Shown: piece by piece, positions 17,989 to 26,970 of the stretch | Position numbering within the stretch: the stretch's first letter is position 1 | Layout: each line of letters opens with the position of its first letter | DNA from: Synechocystis sp. PCC 6803 substr. PCC-P | GTDB taxonomy: Bacteria; Cyanobacteriota; Cyanobacteriia; Cyanobacteriales; Microcystaceae | Direction: 5' to 3' | Length of the DNA stretch: 32,000 bases | Assembly: GCF_000284455.1 (NCBI RefSeq) | Contig: NC_017039.1 | Location: forward strand, 780,001 to 812,000 | Position numbers and translations under genes: made by a program | The notes under the pieces: model-generated | Told to the model about the DNA's origin: nothing | The model's database searches: none | The model's input: only the letters and a program-made list of their open reading frames with translations

Positions 17989-19017
17989 CTAAGCCTTACC
18001 AGCTAAGGTTTTCACAAACTGAGCATCGAGAATCTTGGTCAGGTCAGGGGCTTTTTCAATAAAGCCGACTTTAGTCATAAAATCTGCCATTTTTTGGGCA
18101 GCAAAGGGCATGTGCACCATACTATCTCCAGGGCTAAAAGCTTCTAAATTTTCCTCTAGAGTTAAAAAGCGAGTGCCATCCTTAAATAGTTGTAGTTCTT
18201 CTTGGCTCACCCCCGCCCGTTTAGCCATAATTTCATCGGATTTTTCGGGATTTTCCTCCATGAATTTACGAATATCAAACCAGGTGTTAACTAATGCTTG
18301 TACTTGCTCTGGTTTTTCCTGAATTAATTTTTCTGTCACGACTAAAAGGTCAGGAATAGCTCCGGGAAATTCGGCGGAAGTAACTAACTCTTTAGAGCCT
18401 TCCCGTTTCAGAGCTGTTAACCAAAATGGAGGAAACGCCCCTACTGCGTCCACTTGTCCCGCTGCAAAGGCCGCCGCCGCCGCCCCTGTTTCCAAAGGCT
18501 TGATTACCACATCATCCCGGCTCATGCCTTCCCTTTCCAGAGCTAAACTGAGCAGAAAATCATCCACTACCCCTTCTTCGATCGCCACGGTTTTACCCTT
18601 GAGATCCTGAACAGTATTGATGTCGGCGGTAACAATAATTTTGTCATTGCCAGCGGAGTTATCATTCACTAGTACTGCCACTTCTCCGTTAACTGCCTCC
18701 CCAGCAAAGGAAATGGTGTCGTTTAAAGTTTGACTATTGCCATCCAACTGCCCGGCGGCTAAGGCTTGCATGGATTCCAGATAACCGTCAAACCACTTCA
18801 TTTCCACATTGACACCGTTTTTGGCAAATAGGCCTTCTTCCTCGGCGATCGCCCAGGGCCACCAACCCGCCCAGTTGCTATAACCAATGACAATGGGAGG
18901 TCCTTCGGGAACCGGAGCAGAGGTTTGGGATTGCTCTGGGGTTTGGGCACAACTAACTGTTAACAGTAAGGTGCTACAAAAAATCAGAATTAAGGAAATT
19001 AAACTACGTCTGGGCAT
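17989..19017 (-). CDS. ABC transporter substrate-binding lipoprotein (NMT1/SsuA-like)
   Basis: Lipobox-like LLLTVSC in MPRRSLISLILIFCSTLLLTVSCAQ; IVIGYSNWAGWWPWAIAEEEGLF; LAAGQLDG. The track ORF extends to 19047, but the ATG at 19017 gives a clean signal peptide. Confidence 0.92.
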   Translation of the reverse strand: MPRRSLISLILIFCSTLLLTVSCAQTPEQSQTSAPVPEGPPIVIGYSNWAGWWPWAIAEEEGLFAKNGVNVEMKWFDGYLESMQALAAGQLDGNSQTLNDTISFAGEAVNGEVAVLVNDNSAGNDKIIVTADINTVQDLKGKTVAIEEGVVDDFLLSLALEREGMSRDDVVIKPLETGAAAAAFAAGQVDAVGAFPPFWLTALKREGSKELVTSAEFPGAIPDLLVVTEKLIQEKPEQVQALVNTWFDIRKFMEENPEKSDEIMAKRAGVSQEELQLFKDGTRFLTLEENLEAFSPGDSMVHMPFAAQKMADFMTKVGFIEKAPDLTKILDAQFVKTLAGKA

Positions 19018-19100
19018 CGATTTTTCTCCGCTAGTTGTTAATAACATATAAAACTAAATTGAAAAGTTTTACTGTGTTGATTTTGACTTTTTAAAAATTT

Positions 19101-19790
19101 CTAGATAGAAACTATCATCGGTACTTTAACTTGACTCTTAACCCAACTAAACCAAGTATCCAAACCCTCTCCGGTTTTAGCCGATACTGGAATAATGGTC
19201 ACATGGGGGTTCATGGAACGGACGTTAGCGGCTAATTTTTCTAGATCAATATCTAAATGGGGAATGAGATCAGTTTTAGTAATTAGTAAACAATCTGCTT
19301 CCTGGAACATAACTGGATATTTTAGGGGTTTGTCTTCCCCTTCGGTGACACTGAGTAGTGCGACTTTACTATGTTCCCCCACTTCAAATTCCGCTGGGCA
19401 AACTAGATTGCCCACATTTTCCACCAGCACCAAATCAAATTCTTTAGGATTGTAATCTTCCTGTAAACGATGAATTCCCCCTGCCACCATTTTGGCATCT
19501 AAATGACAGGAACGACCGGTGTTAATGGCGATTACAGGGCTACCATATTGCCGCAGGCGATCGGCGTCTAATTCCGTGGTCATATCCCCTTCGATAACCG
19601 CCATTTTTAACTCACTTTGGAGGGCGGCCAAGGTTTTTTCGAGCAGAACAGTTTTACCGGCTCCGGGGCTACTCATTAGGTTTAAACAGGTAATACCCCA
19701 TTCATCAAAATGTGCTCGATTATGGTCGGCACCTGCCTGGTTTGCGTGGAGCAAATTTAGACCGATCGCCGTGTCAATGGATTGGTGCAT
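19101..19790 (-). CDS. hypB: HypB-type nickel-incorporation GTPase
   Basis: P-loop [55 protein letters not shown]. No polyhistidine N-terminal region. Confidence 0.94.
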
Positions 19791-19850
19791 AGTTTCTTGG
19801 CAGTAACAGTGGACAAGTTAATAAAAAATTTAGTCTCGGTGGGTTAGGGC

Positions 19851-20213
19851 TTAAGCCGGAGTGCACTGATGATGTTCAATGCGGTCAATTTTTAGCTCCC
19901 GCCCGGAACGGATGTCATCCATCGGAGATCGGCAGGTGGGACAGGAATATTGCAAACCAATTTCGGGACTATATTCCGTTTGGCAAGTATGGCAGTAGGC
20001 AACCAAAGGCACATCTTTGATTACCAATTCCGCCCCATTTAAAAAGGTTTGCTTGGTTTGCACTTCAAAAGCAAATTGCAAACTCACTGGTTCCACACAG
20101 GTAAACTGACCCACTAGGAGGTGAATCTTGGTGATTTGGGGTTTTTCAACTTGTTGATCAAACCAATCCTGAATAGTCATAATCAGGGCTTTGGTCATGT
20201 CTGTTTCATGCAT
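19851..20213 (-). CDS. hypA: HypA-type nickel metallochaperone
   Basis: MHETDMTKAL N-terminus; two CxxC motifs (CHTCQ... CPTC). The ORF track opens at 20228 (MGEVK-MHE). The ATG at 20213 yields the functional Met-His-Glu N-terminus and has GGGAGAGG upstream. Confidence 0.93.
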   Translation of the reverse strand: MHETDMTKALIMTIQDWFDQQVEKPQITKIHLLVGQFTCVEPVSLQFAFEVQTKQTFLNGAELVIKDVPLVAYCHTCQTEYSPEIGLQYSCPTCRSPMDDIRSGRELKIDRIEHHQCTPA

Positions 20214-20288
20214 TTTTACCTCTCCCAAAGGCGATCGCCGATTATTTCAGAGCCATCAATTTGGCAATAATTAGTCAAGTTAAAGTTA

Positions 20289-21461
20289 CTATTGCCAGGG
20301 CTCATCCACTGCCATGTTCGCTTCAGCATGGATATAGGCCGGTTTTTCCGTGCGGGGTAATTGGCCAGAAACCACTAAATGGGCCATGGTGTCGCAAATT
20401 ACCCTGGTGGCCATCAACGAAGTCATGTCGCTGATGTCGTAGGGAGGGGAAACTTCCACCACTTCCATGCCGCAAACGTTAGTTTCCCGAATAATGCGTT
20501 TAAGTAAATACAGAGCTTCTCGGGGTAGTAAACCACCGGGTTCTGGCCAACCGGTGCCGGGGACAAAACCTGCATCAATGCAGTCAATGTCAAAACTAAT
20601 CCAAACGCAATCGGTGCCATCGGTGGCCCGGGCAATGGCAAAGTCCGCCGCCGCATCCAAACTCATTTCGGTAATATCAGTGACGGTCAAAATGTTGGTG
20701 GCCCGTTCCCGACAAACTTTGACCCCCTGGCGGGGTACTTGCCAACCACCAATGCCTAATTGCACTAGGTTTTTAGCTGGAGCGTTGGCCATGTTGGTGG
20801 CGTGGAACCAGGGACAAGTGTGCATCCGTTCGTCTAAGTCCGTTTCCTGGGTGTCCACATGGCGATCGAAATGGATAATGCCGACTTTTTTATCCCCCAA
20901 ATGACGACAGATGCCCCGCACCGTAGGAAAACCAATGGAATGATCACCCCCCAGAATTATCGGAAACGCTCCGGAACTGAAAATGTGGGCAATACCTTTG
21001 GAAATTTGGTCAAAGGATTTCTCATTGTTGGCGGGAATGGTGAAAATATCCCCCACGTCACAGAGACTAATTTGCTCCCGTAAATCCACCCCCATTTCAA
21101 AGTTGTAGGGAGTGTACAAAGCAGAAATACGACGAATCCCCTGGGGGCCAAAACGGGTACCTGGTCGATAGGTGGTGCCAGAATCATGGGGCACTCCGAC
21201 GATCGCCACATCATATTTCCCGACTTCCCGCACATCTTCCAGATATGGAGCCTTCATGAAGGTGTTAATGCCCGCATAGTGGGGCAATTCTCCCCGGGAA
21301 AAGGTGGGGATGGAGCGGTCTTTAATGCTGGCGGCGGCTTCTAAACCATAGGTTAGCCCTTGGTCAACCTCCTGCTGCCAACCGGTCAGGGGTAGCCGAG
21401 TTTCTTTGATTAAGGCTTCTTCAGCTTCAGAAGGGGGACGAAACGGGGTGGCATCGCTCAT
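20289..21461 (-). CDS. gdmH: Arginase/agmatinase-superfamily ureohydrolase, best read as Ni-dependent guanidine hydrolase (GdmH)
   Basis: 390-aa ORF. Metal motifs GGDHSIGFP, HFDRHVDTQE and SFDIDCIDAGFVPGTGWPEPGG. The GdmH assignment rests on the guanidine-I riboswitch upstream, adjacent hypA/hypB, and recollection that the Synechocystis homologue (Sll1077) was shown to hydrolyse guanidine. Confidence 0.88.
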   Translation of the reverse strand: MSDATPFRPPSEAEEALIKETRLPLTGWQQEVDQGLTYGLEAAASIKDRSIPTFSRGELPHYAGINTFMKAPYLEDVREVGKYDVAIVGVPHDSGTTYRPGTRFGPQGIRRISALYTPYNFEMGVDLREQISLCDVGDIFTIPANNEKSFDQISKGIAHIFSSGAFPIILGGDHSIGFPTVRGICRHLGDKKVGIIHFDRHVDTQETDLDERMHTCPWFHATNMANAPAKNLVQLGIGGWQVPRQGVKVCRERATNILTVTDITEMSLDAAADFAIARATDGTDCVWISFDIDCIDAGFVPGTGWPEPGGLLPREALYLLKRIIRETNVCGMEVVEVSPPYDISDMTSLMATRVICDTMAHLVVSGQLPRTEKPAYIHAEANMAVDEPWQ

Positions 21462-21502
21462 AGGTAGTTACTAGCTAAACAACAAAATCTGCCCAGGAGT
21501 TA

Positions 21503-21533
21503 TTAATGACAACACCTAAGCACTGGTCATTAA
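21503..21533 (-). promoter_or_regulatory. Perfect 8-bp inverted repeat between aptamer and start codon, possible expression-platform hairpin
   Basis: TTAATGAC (21503-21510) and GTCATTAA (21526-21533) are perfect reverse complements with a 15-nt loop, and no U-tract follows immediately. Confidence 0.45.
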
Positions 21534-21652
21534 AGTCTCCCGGGCTTTTGTCCCGCCGTGTAGCTAGTGGCAAAAATCTTTACAAAGCCTAGCCTGTTTC
21601 TCTCGGACCAGCCATTCCCCACATCACCAGGAATCGGAACCCTAGAAACAAT
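21530..21652 (-). promoter_or_regulatory. Guanidine-I (ykkC) riboswitch aptamer in the gdmH leader
   Basis: Minus strand reads TTTCTAGGGTTCCGATTCCTGGTGATGTGGGGAATGGCTGGTCCGAGAGAAACAGGCTAG...CTAGCTACACGGCGGGACAAAAGCCCGGGAGA. This carries the hallmark segments CTAGGGTTCCG, CTGGTCCGAGAG, ACACGG and AAAAGCCCGGGAGA, with internal stems ATTCC/GGAAT and GGCTAG/CTAGCT. Confidence 0.95.
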
Positions 21653-21897
21653 ATCCCCTACCCTAGCTAGGGATGATTAAGTTAACTGTGTTCTGTGCTA
21701 CTTTTTATCGGCGATCGCCAAACTAAAGTTTAAAACCTGACATCAATTAGCTTTTTTTCCCTATCCAGGGATTGAGCATAGCTTTGCGATATCCTGAGTA
21801 TGCACATGGGAAAAGGTCACAGGTCTCGCACCATTGGTGTGATTACTAATTGATCTAACTATTCAGGAACGCAACTCAATCAACAATTGCCCAGCCA

Positions 21898-22407
21898 ATG
21901 CAACAAGCGGCCATCCCAGCCAATGAACAGCAGCGCTTAGCCCATCTACAGAATCTTAAAATTCTTGATACGCCAAGCGATGAAAAGTTCAACCGCATTA
22001 CTAGGCTATTATGTCGGGTGCTGGATATGCCCGTAGCTGCCATTTCTTTGGTTGATGAAAATCGTCAATGGTTTAAATCCATTCGGGGCTTAGACTTAAC
22101 CGAAACTCCCCGCTGTGTCTCCTTCTGCGCCCATACAATTCTGGAGGACCGCACCCTAGTTATTTCCGATACCCTATCTGACCTCCGTTTTGCCGACAAT
22201 CCCCTTGTCCTCGAGGCCCCCCACGTCCGATTTTATGCTGGTCACCCCCTGAAAATACTCGATAATATCCATGTGGGCACTCTCTGTGTTTATGACACTA
22301 AGCCCAGGGAAATATCCGACGACGATGTTCAGTTTTTAGAAGACCTTGCAATCACCGTGGCTAATGAGCTAAAGGCTCACATGTTCAAGAGATTTTTTAC
22401 GGTTTAG
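21898..22407 (+). CDS. Stand-alone GAF-domain protein
   Basis: 169-aa ORF with LQNLKILDTPSDEKFNRITRLLCRVLDMPVAAISLVDENRQWFKS and SFCAHTILEDRTLVISD. Confidence 0.88.
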   Translation: MQQAAIPANEQQRLAHLQNLKILDTPSDEKFNRITRLLCRVLDMPVAAISLVDENRQWFKSIRGLDLTETPRCVSFCAHTILEDRTLVISDTLSDLRFADNPLVLEAPHVRFYAGHPLKILDNIHVGTLCVYDTKPREISDDDVQFLEDLAITVANELKAHMFKRFFTV

Positions 22408-22461
22408 GTAAAGTTTCAGTAAAGTAAAAATTCAGCCACAGCAAAGTCAGGAAATGTAGGG

Positions 22462-23493
22462 ATGGAAGCTAAATTACCGCAAAATGAGGAGCAACGCCTG
22501 GCAGTTTTGAGGCAACTCAATATTTTGGATACTCCCATTGAAGAAAGATTTGAGCGTATTACCCGTATGGTCTGCCGGTCCCTCAAAGTGCCCATTGCCG
22601 CCATATCAATAGTTGATGAATCACGCCAGTGGTTTAAATCTATTCAAGGGTTAAATGCTTCCGAAACCCCCCGTGAAATTGCCTTTTGCGCCCACGCCAT
22701 CCTCAGGGATGAATTACTGTTGGTCGAGGATGCTACCCAGGATGAACGCTTTGCTGACAATCCCTTGGTAACCGACGAGCCTTTCATCCGATTTTATGCC
22801 GGTTATCCCCTTAATTTGGGTCAAGATATCCATGTGGGAACCCTCTGCGCCATTGATCGGGTGCCCCGGGAATTGTCGGCGGAAGAACAGGAAATTCTCT
22901 ACGACCTCTCCAAAATGGTGGAGTCTGAACTGGCGGCGATCGCCCTATCGGAGGCTCAAATACAGCTAATTCAAGAACTGGATGAACTTGAAAGGGTGGC
23001 CATGGTCGATAGCTTAACAAGACTCTGGAACCGTTTGGGCATTGAAACTCTTCTAAAACGGGAATGGGAGTACGCTACCCGCAAAAATTCTCCTATTTCC
23101 ATTGTCATGATTGATTTTGACAACTTTAAACAAATCAACGATCAACACGGTCATTTAGTCGGAGACGAGGTTCTGCAGGGTAGTGCCCGTTTAATCATTT
23201 CAGTTCTTCGTTCCTACGATATTTTGGGCAGATGGGGAGGAGATGAGTTCATGCTTATTCTGCCTGGTTCTGGTCGGGAGCAGACCGCTGTGCTCCTAGA
23301 AAGAATTCAAGCCACCATTGCCCAAAACCCAGTACCCACATCTGCGGGACCCATGGCAATCAGCTTGAGTATGGGGGGAGTCAGTGTATTTACCAACCAG
23401 GGTGAAGCACTCCAGTATTGGGTAGAACAGGCAGATAATCAGTTGATGAAAGTCAAACGTCTTGGTAAGGGCAATTTTCAACTGGCAGAATAA
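22462..23493 (+). CDS. GAF-GGDEF protein, probable diguanylate cyclase
   Basis: 343-aa ORF. The GAF region is paralogous to the preceding gene. GRWGGDEFMLILP is intact, and an RSYD (RxxD) motif lies five residues before GGDEF. Confidence 0.93.
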   Translation: MEAKLPQNEEQRLAVLRQLNILDTPIEERFERITRMVCRSLKVPIAAISIVDESRQWFKSIQGLNASETPREIAFCAHAILRDELLLVEDATQDERFADNPLVTDEPFIRFYAGYPLNLGQDIHVGTLCAIDRVPRELSAEEQEILYDLSKMVESELAAIALSEAQIQLIQELDELERVAMVDSLTRLWNRLGIETLLKREWEYATRKNSPISIVMIDFDNFKQINDQHGHLVGDEVLQGSARLIISVLRSYDILGRWGGDEFMLILPGSGREQTAVLLERIQATIAQNPVPTSAGPMAISLSMGGVSVFTNQGEALQYWVEQADNQLMKVKRLGKGNFQLAE

Positions 23494-23720
23494 TGGCGAT
23501 CGTAAAAACTTTTTAAGGTGAGGTAGACTTACCCTTTTGGTGATTGGCTCCACTCCACTTCTTCAAGCAAACATGGTGGGTCATAGATTACCGAAAAGAT
23601 GAACAATCTCTACCATCAAATCAATTGGATTTACTTAAGCTTGATGTATTAGAATTTTTTCACCAGGATGAGCTAGAAGATGTGAAGTAAAGACAATGGT
23701 AGTCATTCAAGTCATTATGA

Positions 23721-26639
23721 TCATAGGAATTTAAATTTCCGTAACTCCTCCGCTCCTAACAATAAAGGAGGACAGGAAAGAAGCAGAGCAAACTGCCAAT
23801 TTGTCAGTGGAGTGGTAGTGAAAATAGCTTGGAGAGAAGGAAAATACATTAAAGACAAAATTAACATCCATTCCGTGGCAATGCCAATCCAAATTAAGGG
23901 ATTACTAAACCAGCCTAACTTGAAGGCAGAAGTGCGTTCTGAGCGGCAAGCAAAAACATTTCCATCTTGACAGGCCACAATCACTGCTAGGGTCATGGTG
24001 GTGGCCTGGGCATAGATAGCCATTAAAATTGGATCTGCTGTGTGATGGAGAATACTTGTCGTAACGGCTTGTAACTCAGCTAATCCGTAACCGTAACTTC
24101 CCCAAACTAAGAAAAATCCGGCCATGCCCAAACCCGCTTCAATTATGCCTAGAAAGCAGTAAGCTCTTAACAATAAAGCACGATCTAATAGGGCTTGATT
24201 TTTTTGGCGGGGAGGCAATTTCATCGTTCCGACTTCAGCTTTTTCTATACCCAAGGCTAAGGCCGGAACCATGTCCGTTCCTAAGTCAATGGCTAGAATT
24301 TGCATAATTAGTAATGCGGGGGGAATGTTGAGGAAAATCATTGCTAAAAATGGTACTAACTCCGCTACATTGGAAGCCAAAATGTAAGTTATAAACTTGC
24401 GGATGTTTTGATAAACTGTGCGGCCTTCTTCCACTGCGCTGACAATGGTGGCAAAATTATCGTCGGTAAGCACAATATCCGCCGCTTCCCTGGCCACATC
24501 GGTCCCGTTTAAGCCCATGGCAATGCCAATGTTGGCCGCCCGCAATGCCGGAGCATCATTGACCCCATCCCCCGTTACCGCCACAATCTGCCCCAAGCCC
24601 TGATAAGCTTGCACTAAGCGTAGTTTTTGTTCCGGGGCCATGCGGGCAAAGATAAGACCAGAACGATATTTTAAAATCTGTCGCAGTTGGGCATCGGACA
24701 AATGGGTTAGCCCATCCCCAGTCACTACCCGTACTTTTTCCTTGACTAGACCAATACTTCTGGCGATCGCCTCTGCGGTGAGGCCATAGTCCCCAGTGAC
24801 CATGGTGATAGCAATACCGGCCCCATGACAACGGGCGATCGCCTCAGGCACTTCTGGCCGAGGAGGATCAAACATGGCCACTAAACCCACGAAAATTAAT
24901 TGTTGCTCTAGGGTTTGGGGTGATGCTTCTAGTAAATTTTCATGGTCGGCCCGAACCGCCAAGCCCAATACTCGAAAACCTTCCTTGGCGTAGTGATCAT
25001 TGGCCTCCGTAATTATTTGGCGATCGCCGGAGGTTAGTTCGGTCACCTGTCCGGCTTTTAAAATGGATTGACAACAGCGCAACACCTCCAGGGGAGCACC
25101 TTTGGTAAAAGCCAAATTTTCCCATGGCAAATCATTTCTGCCGGAAGTAAGGAAAGGCAAATTTTCCCCAGCCTTTTGCCAATCCAAAACCACCGTCATC
25201 ATCCGTCGTCGGGAATCAAAGGGCACTTCCCTGCGCCGGGGATAATCTTGCTGGAGTTGTTCTAAATCAAAATCTGCCTTCAGAGCGGCCACCAATAATG
25301 CCGCTTCCGTGGGGTCTCCCATTTCTTGCCAACGGCTGGAACCGGAAGGATGAATCAAATGGGCATTGGAACAAAGAGCGGAACCAATGAGCAGTAATTT
25401 AACCTGTTGCTTTTCATCTTTACCTGGGGGAAAGGTAATTTTGCCCGTGCTGGGATCATAGCCTTCCCCTGGCACCGTTAAGGTTTGGCCATGGTTCGTT
25501 GCCGGAATCCAAAGAGAACGAACGGTCATTTCATTTTTAGTTAAAGTTCCCGTTTTATCTGTACAAATAACTGTAGTGGCACTGAGGGTTTCCACCGCCG
25601 ATAATCGCCGCACCAAAGCATTACGTTTGGCCATCCGTTGTACCCCCATGGCCAGGGATAAAGTCACCGTGGGCAACAAACCTTCTGGCACTAGGGCAAC
25701 AATAATGCCAATGGCAAAAATGAAACTTTCCTTTAATTCCAGATGGGTCACCAGGGACGCCAACACAAACACCAAAACTCCCATGCCAACGGCAATCAGG
25801 GTAATTACCCGCACAATCTGGCTAATTTGGACTTCCAGGGTGCTGGGTTCCCGCTTAACATTGGTGGTGAGATGGGCCATATGGCCAAATTCCGTTTCCG
25901 CTCCGGTGGCATAGACAACCCCTACTCCCCGCCCCGTGGCAATGGTGGAACCGGCTAGGACTAAATTGCGAATTTCCTGGGCTTTAACCGGGTCTTGCAG
26001 TGCCCTTTCCCCCCCATGGACTAAAACTTGACCGCCCCGTTTAGGCACAACTTCTCGAATTTGGGCCGATTCGGCAAAACGAGCTACGGGTAAGGATTCC
26101 CCCGTCATCACCGACACATCAACGTATAAACTATCCGCTGAAACTAAGCGCAAATCCGCCGATACCCGATCGCCTTCTTCCAATTGCACCACATCCCCCC
26201 GCACTAATTCCCTAGCCAGAACAGACTGTAAAGTGCCGTCCCGATAAACTTTTACCTGGGCTGGGAGAACTTTCTTGAGGGTCGCCAGGGCTTTTTCGGC
26301 CCGAAATTCCTGACTAAAACTAAATAAACCATTAATCCAAATCACCGCCCAAATGGCCCAGCCCAACTGCGGCGTACCGGAAACAAAAGCCAGAATGCCC
26401 GCCACCCAGAGCAATAACGCCATGAAATGGGTCATCTGATCAACAAAACGCAACCATAAAGGTCGTTGTACCGGTTCCGCCAGCTCGTTCAGTCCATAGC
26501 GTTGCAATCTTCGGGCCGCTTCCTCGCCGGATAAACCTTGGGGACTCGTCTCCAACCTTTCGTAAACCGCTTCTGGGGCAATAGACCAAACCGTGGTGGA
26601 GGAATTCATCGGTGCAACAAAGATGGTTTTCCATCCCAT
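23721..26639 (-). CDS. P-type (P2-like) cation-transporting ATPase
   Basis: 972-aa ORF. ICTDKTGTLTKNEMTV, VSVMTGESLPV, PEGLLPTVTLSLAMG, VAVTGDGVNDAPAL. The start may be the internal ATG at 26609. Ion specificity was not determined. Confidence 0.94.
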   Translation of the reverse strand: MGWKTIFVAPMNSSTTVWSIAPEAVYERLETSPQGLSGEEAARRLQRYGLNELAEPVQRPLWLRFVDQMTHFMALLLWVAGILAFVSGTPQLGWAIWAVIWINGLFSFSQEFRAEKALATLKKVLPAQVKVYRDGTLQSVLARELVRGDVVQLEEGDRVSADLRLVSADSLYVDVSVMTGESLPVARFAESAQIREVVPKRGGQVLVHGGERALQDPVKAQEIRNLVLAGSTIATGRGVGVVYATGAETEFGHMAHLTTNVKREPSTLEVQISQIVRVITLIAVGMGVLVFVLASLVTHLELKESFIFAIGIIVALVPEGLLPTVTLSLAMGVQRMAKRNALVRRLSAVETLSATTVICTDKTGTLTKNEMTVRSLWIPATNHGQTLTVPGEGYDPSTGKITFPPGKDEKQQVKLLLIGSALCSNAHLIHPSGSSRWQEMGDPTEAALLVAALKADFDLEQLQQDYPRRREVPFDSRRRMMTVVLDWQKAGENLPFLTSGRNDLPWENLAFTKGAPLEVLRCCQSILKAGQVTELTSGDRQIITEANDHYAKEGFRVLGLAVRADHENLLEASPQTLEQQLIFVGLVAMFDPPRPEVPEAIARCHGAGIAITMVTGDYGLTAEAIARSIGLVKEKVRVVTGDGLTHLSDAQLRQILKYRSGLIFARMAPEQKLRLVQAYQGLGQIVAVTGDGVNDAPALRAANIGIAMGLNGTDVAREAADIVLTDDNFATIVSAVEEGRTVYQNIRKFITYILASNVAELVPFLAMIFLNIPPALLIMQILAIDLGTDMVPALALGIEKAEVGTMKLPPRQKNQALLDRALLLRAYCFLGIIEAGLGMAGFFLVWGSYGYGLAELQAVTTSILHHTADPILMAIYAQATTMTLAVIVACQDGNVFACRSERTSAFKLGWFSNPLIWIGIATEWMLILSLMYFPSLQAIFTTTPLTNWQFALLLSCPPLLLGAEELRKFKFL

Positions 26640-26706
26640 TAGGTATGATTCCCAATCTTACAAAGATTCAAACTTAACTGTTGTCGCCTAAAAAGTTGTC
26701 TCTAAT

Positions 26707-26943
26707 TTATGGCAATGGCCCAATGCGGGATAGGAGCGATCGCCTTTGTAAATGAAGACTGATCAATTCGTCTGCGCCCAAGCTACCGATAATCAGGGCG
26801 GCAAACAATGATCCCATTCTATTGGCCGGGGTGGATAACACCAGAATGGCGATCGCCAGGGCGAGGAAAAATAGACCAAAAAAAGATCTGATTACCAACT
26901 CCTGTTTTGATCTGGTAACTTGTTGGCCGGCGTTTTTTTTCAT
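26707..26943 (-). CDS. Small membrane protein, function unknown
   Basis: 78-aa ORF with hydrophobic segments SFFGLFFLALAIAILVLS and GSLFAALIIGSLGADELISL. It fits neatly between two co-directional genes. Confidence 0.55.
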   Translation of the reverse strand: MKKNAGQQVTRSKQELVIRSFFGLFFLALAIAILVLSTPANRMGSLFAALIIGSLGADELISLHLQRRSLLSRIGPLP

Positions 26944-26970
26944 TGGCGCAATTCCCCCGTAAAATCAGCC

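Noticed and set aside
20423-21235. Several 74-145 aa ORFs antisense to or overlapping gdmH
   Set aside because: They arise in other frames of a well-supported gene, with proline/arginine-rich noise composition.
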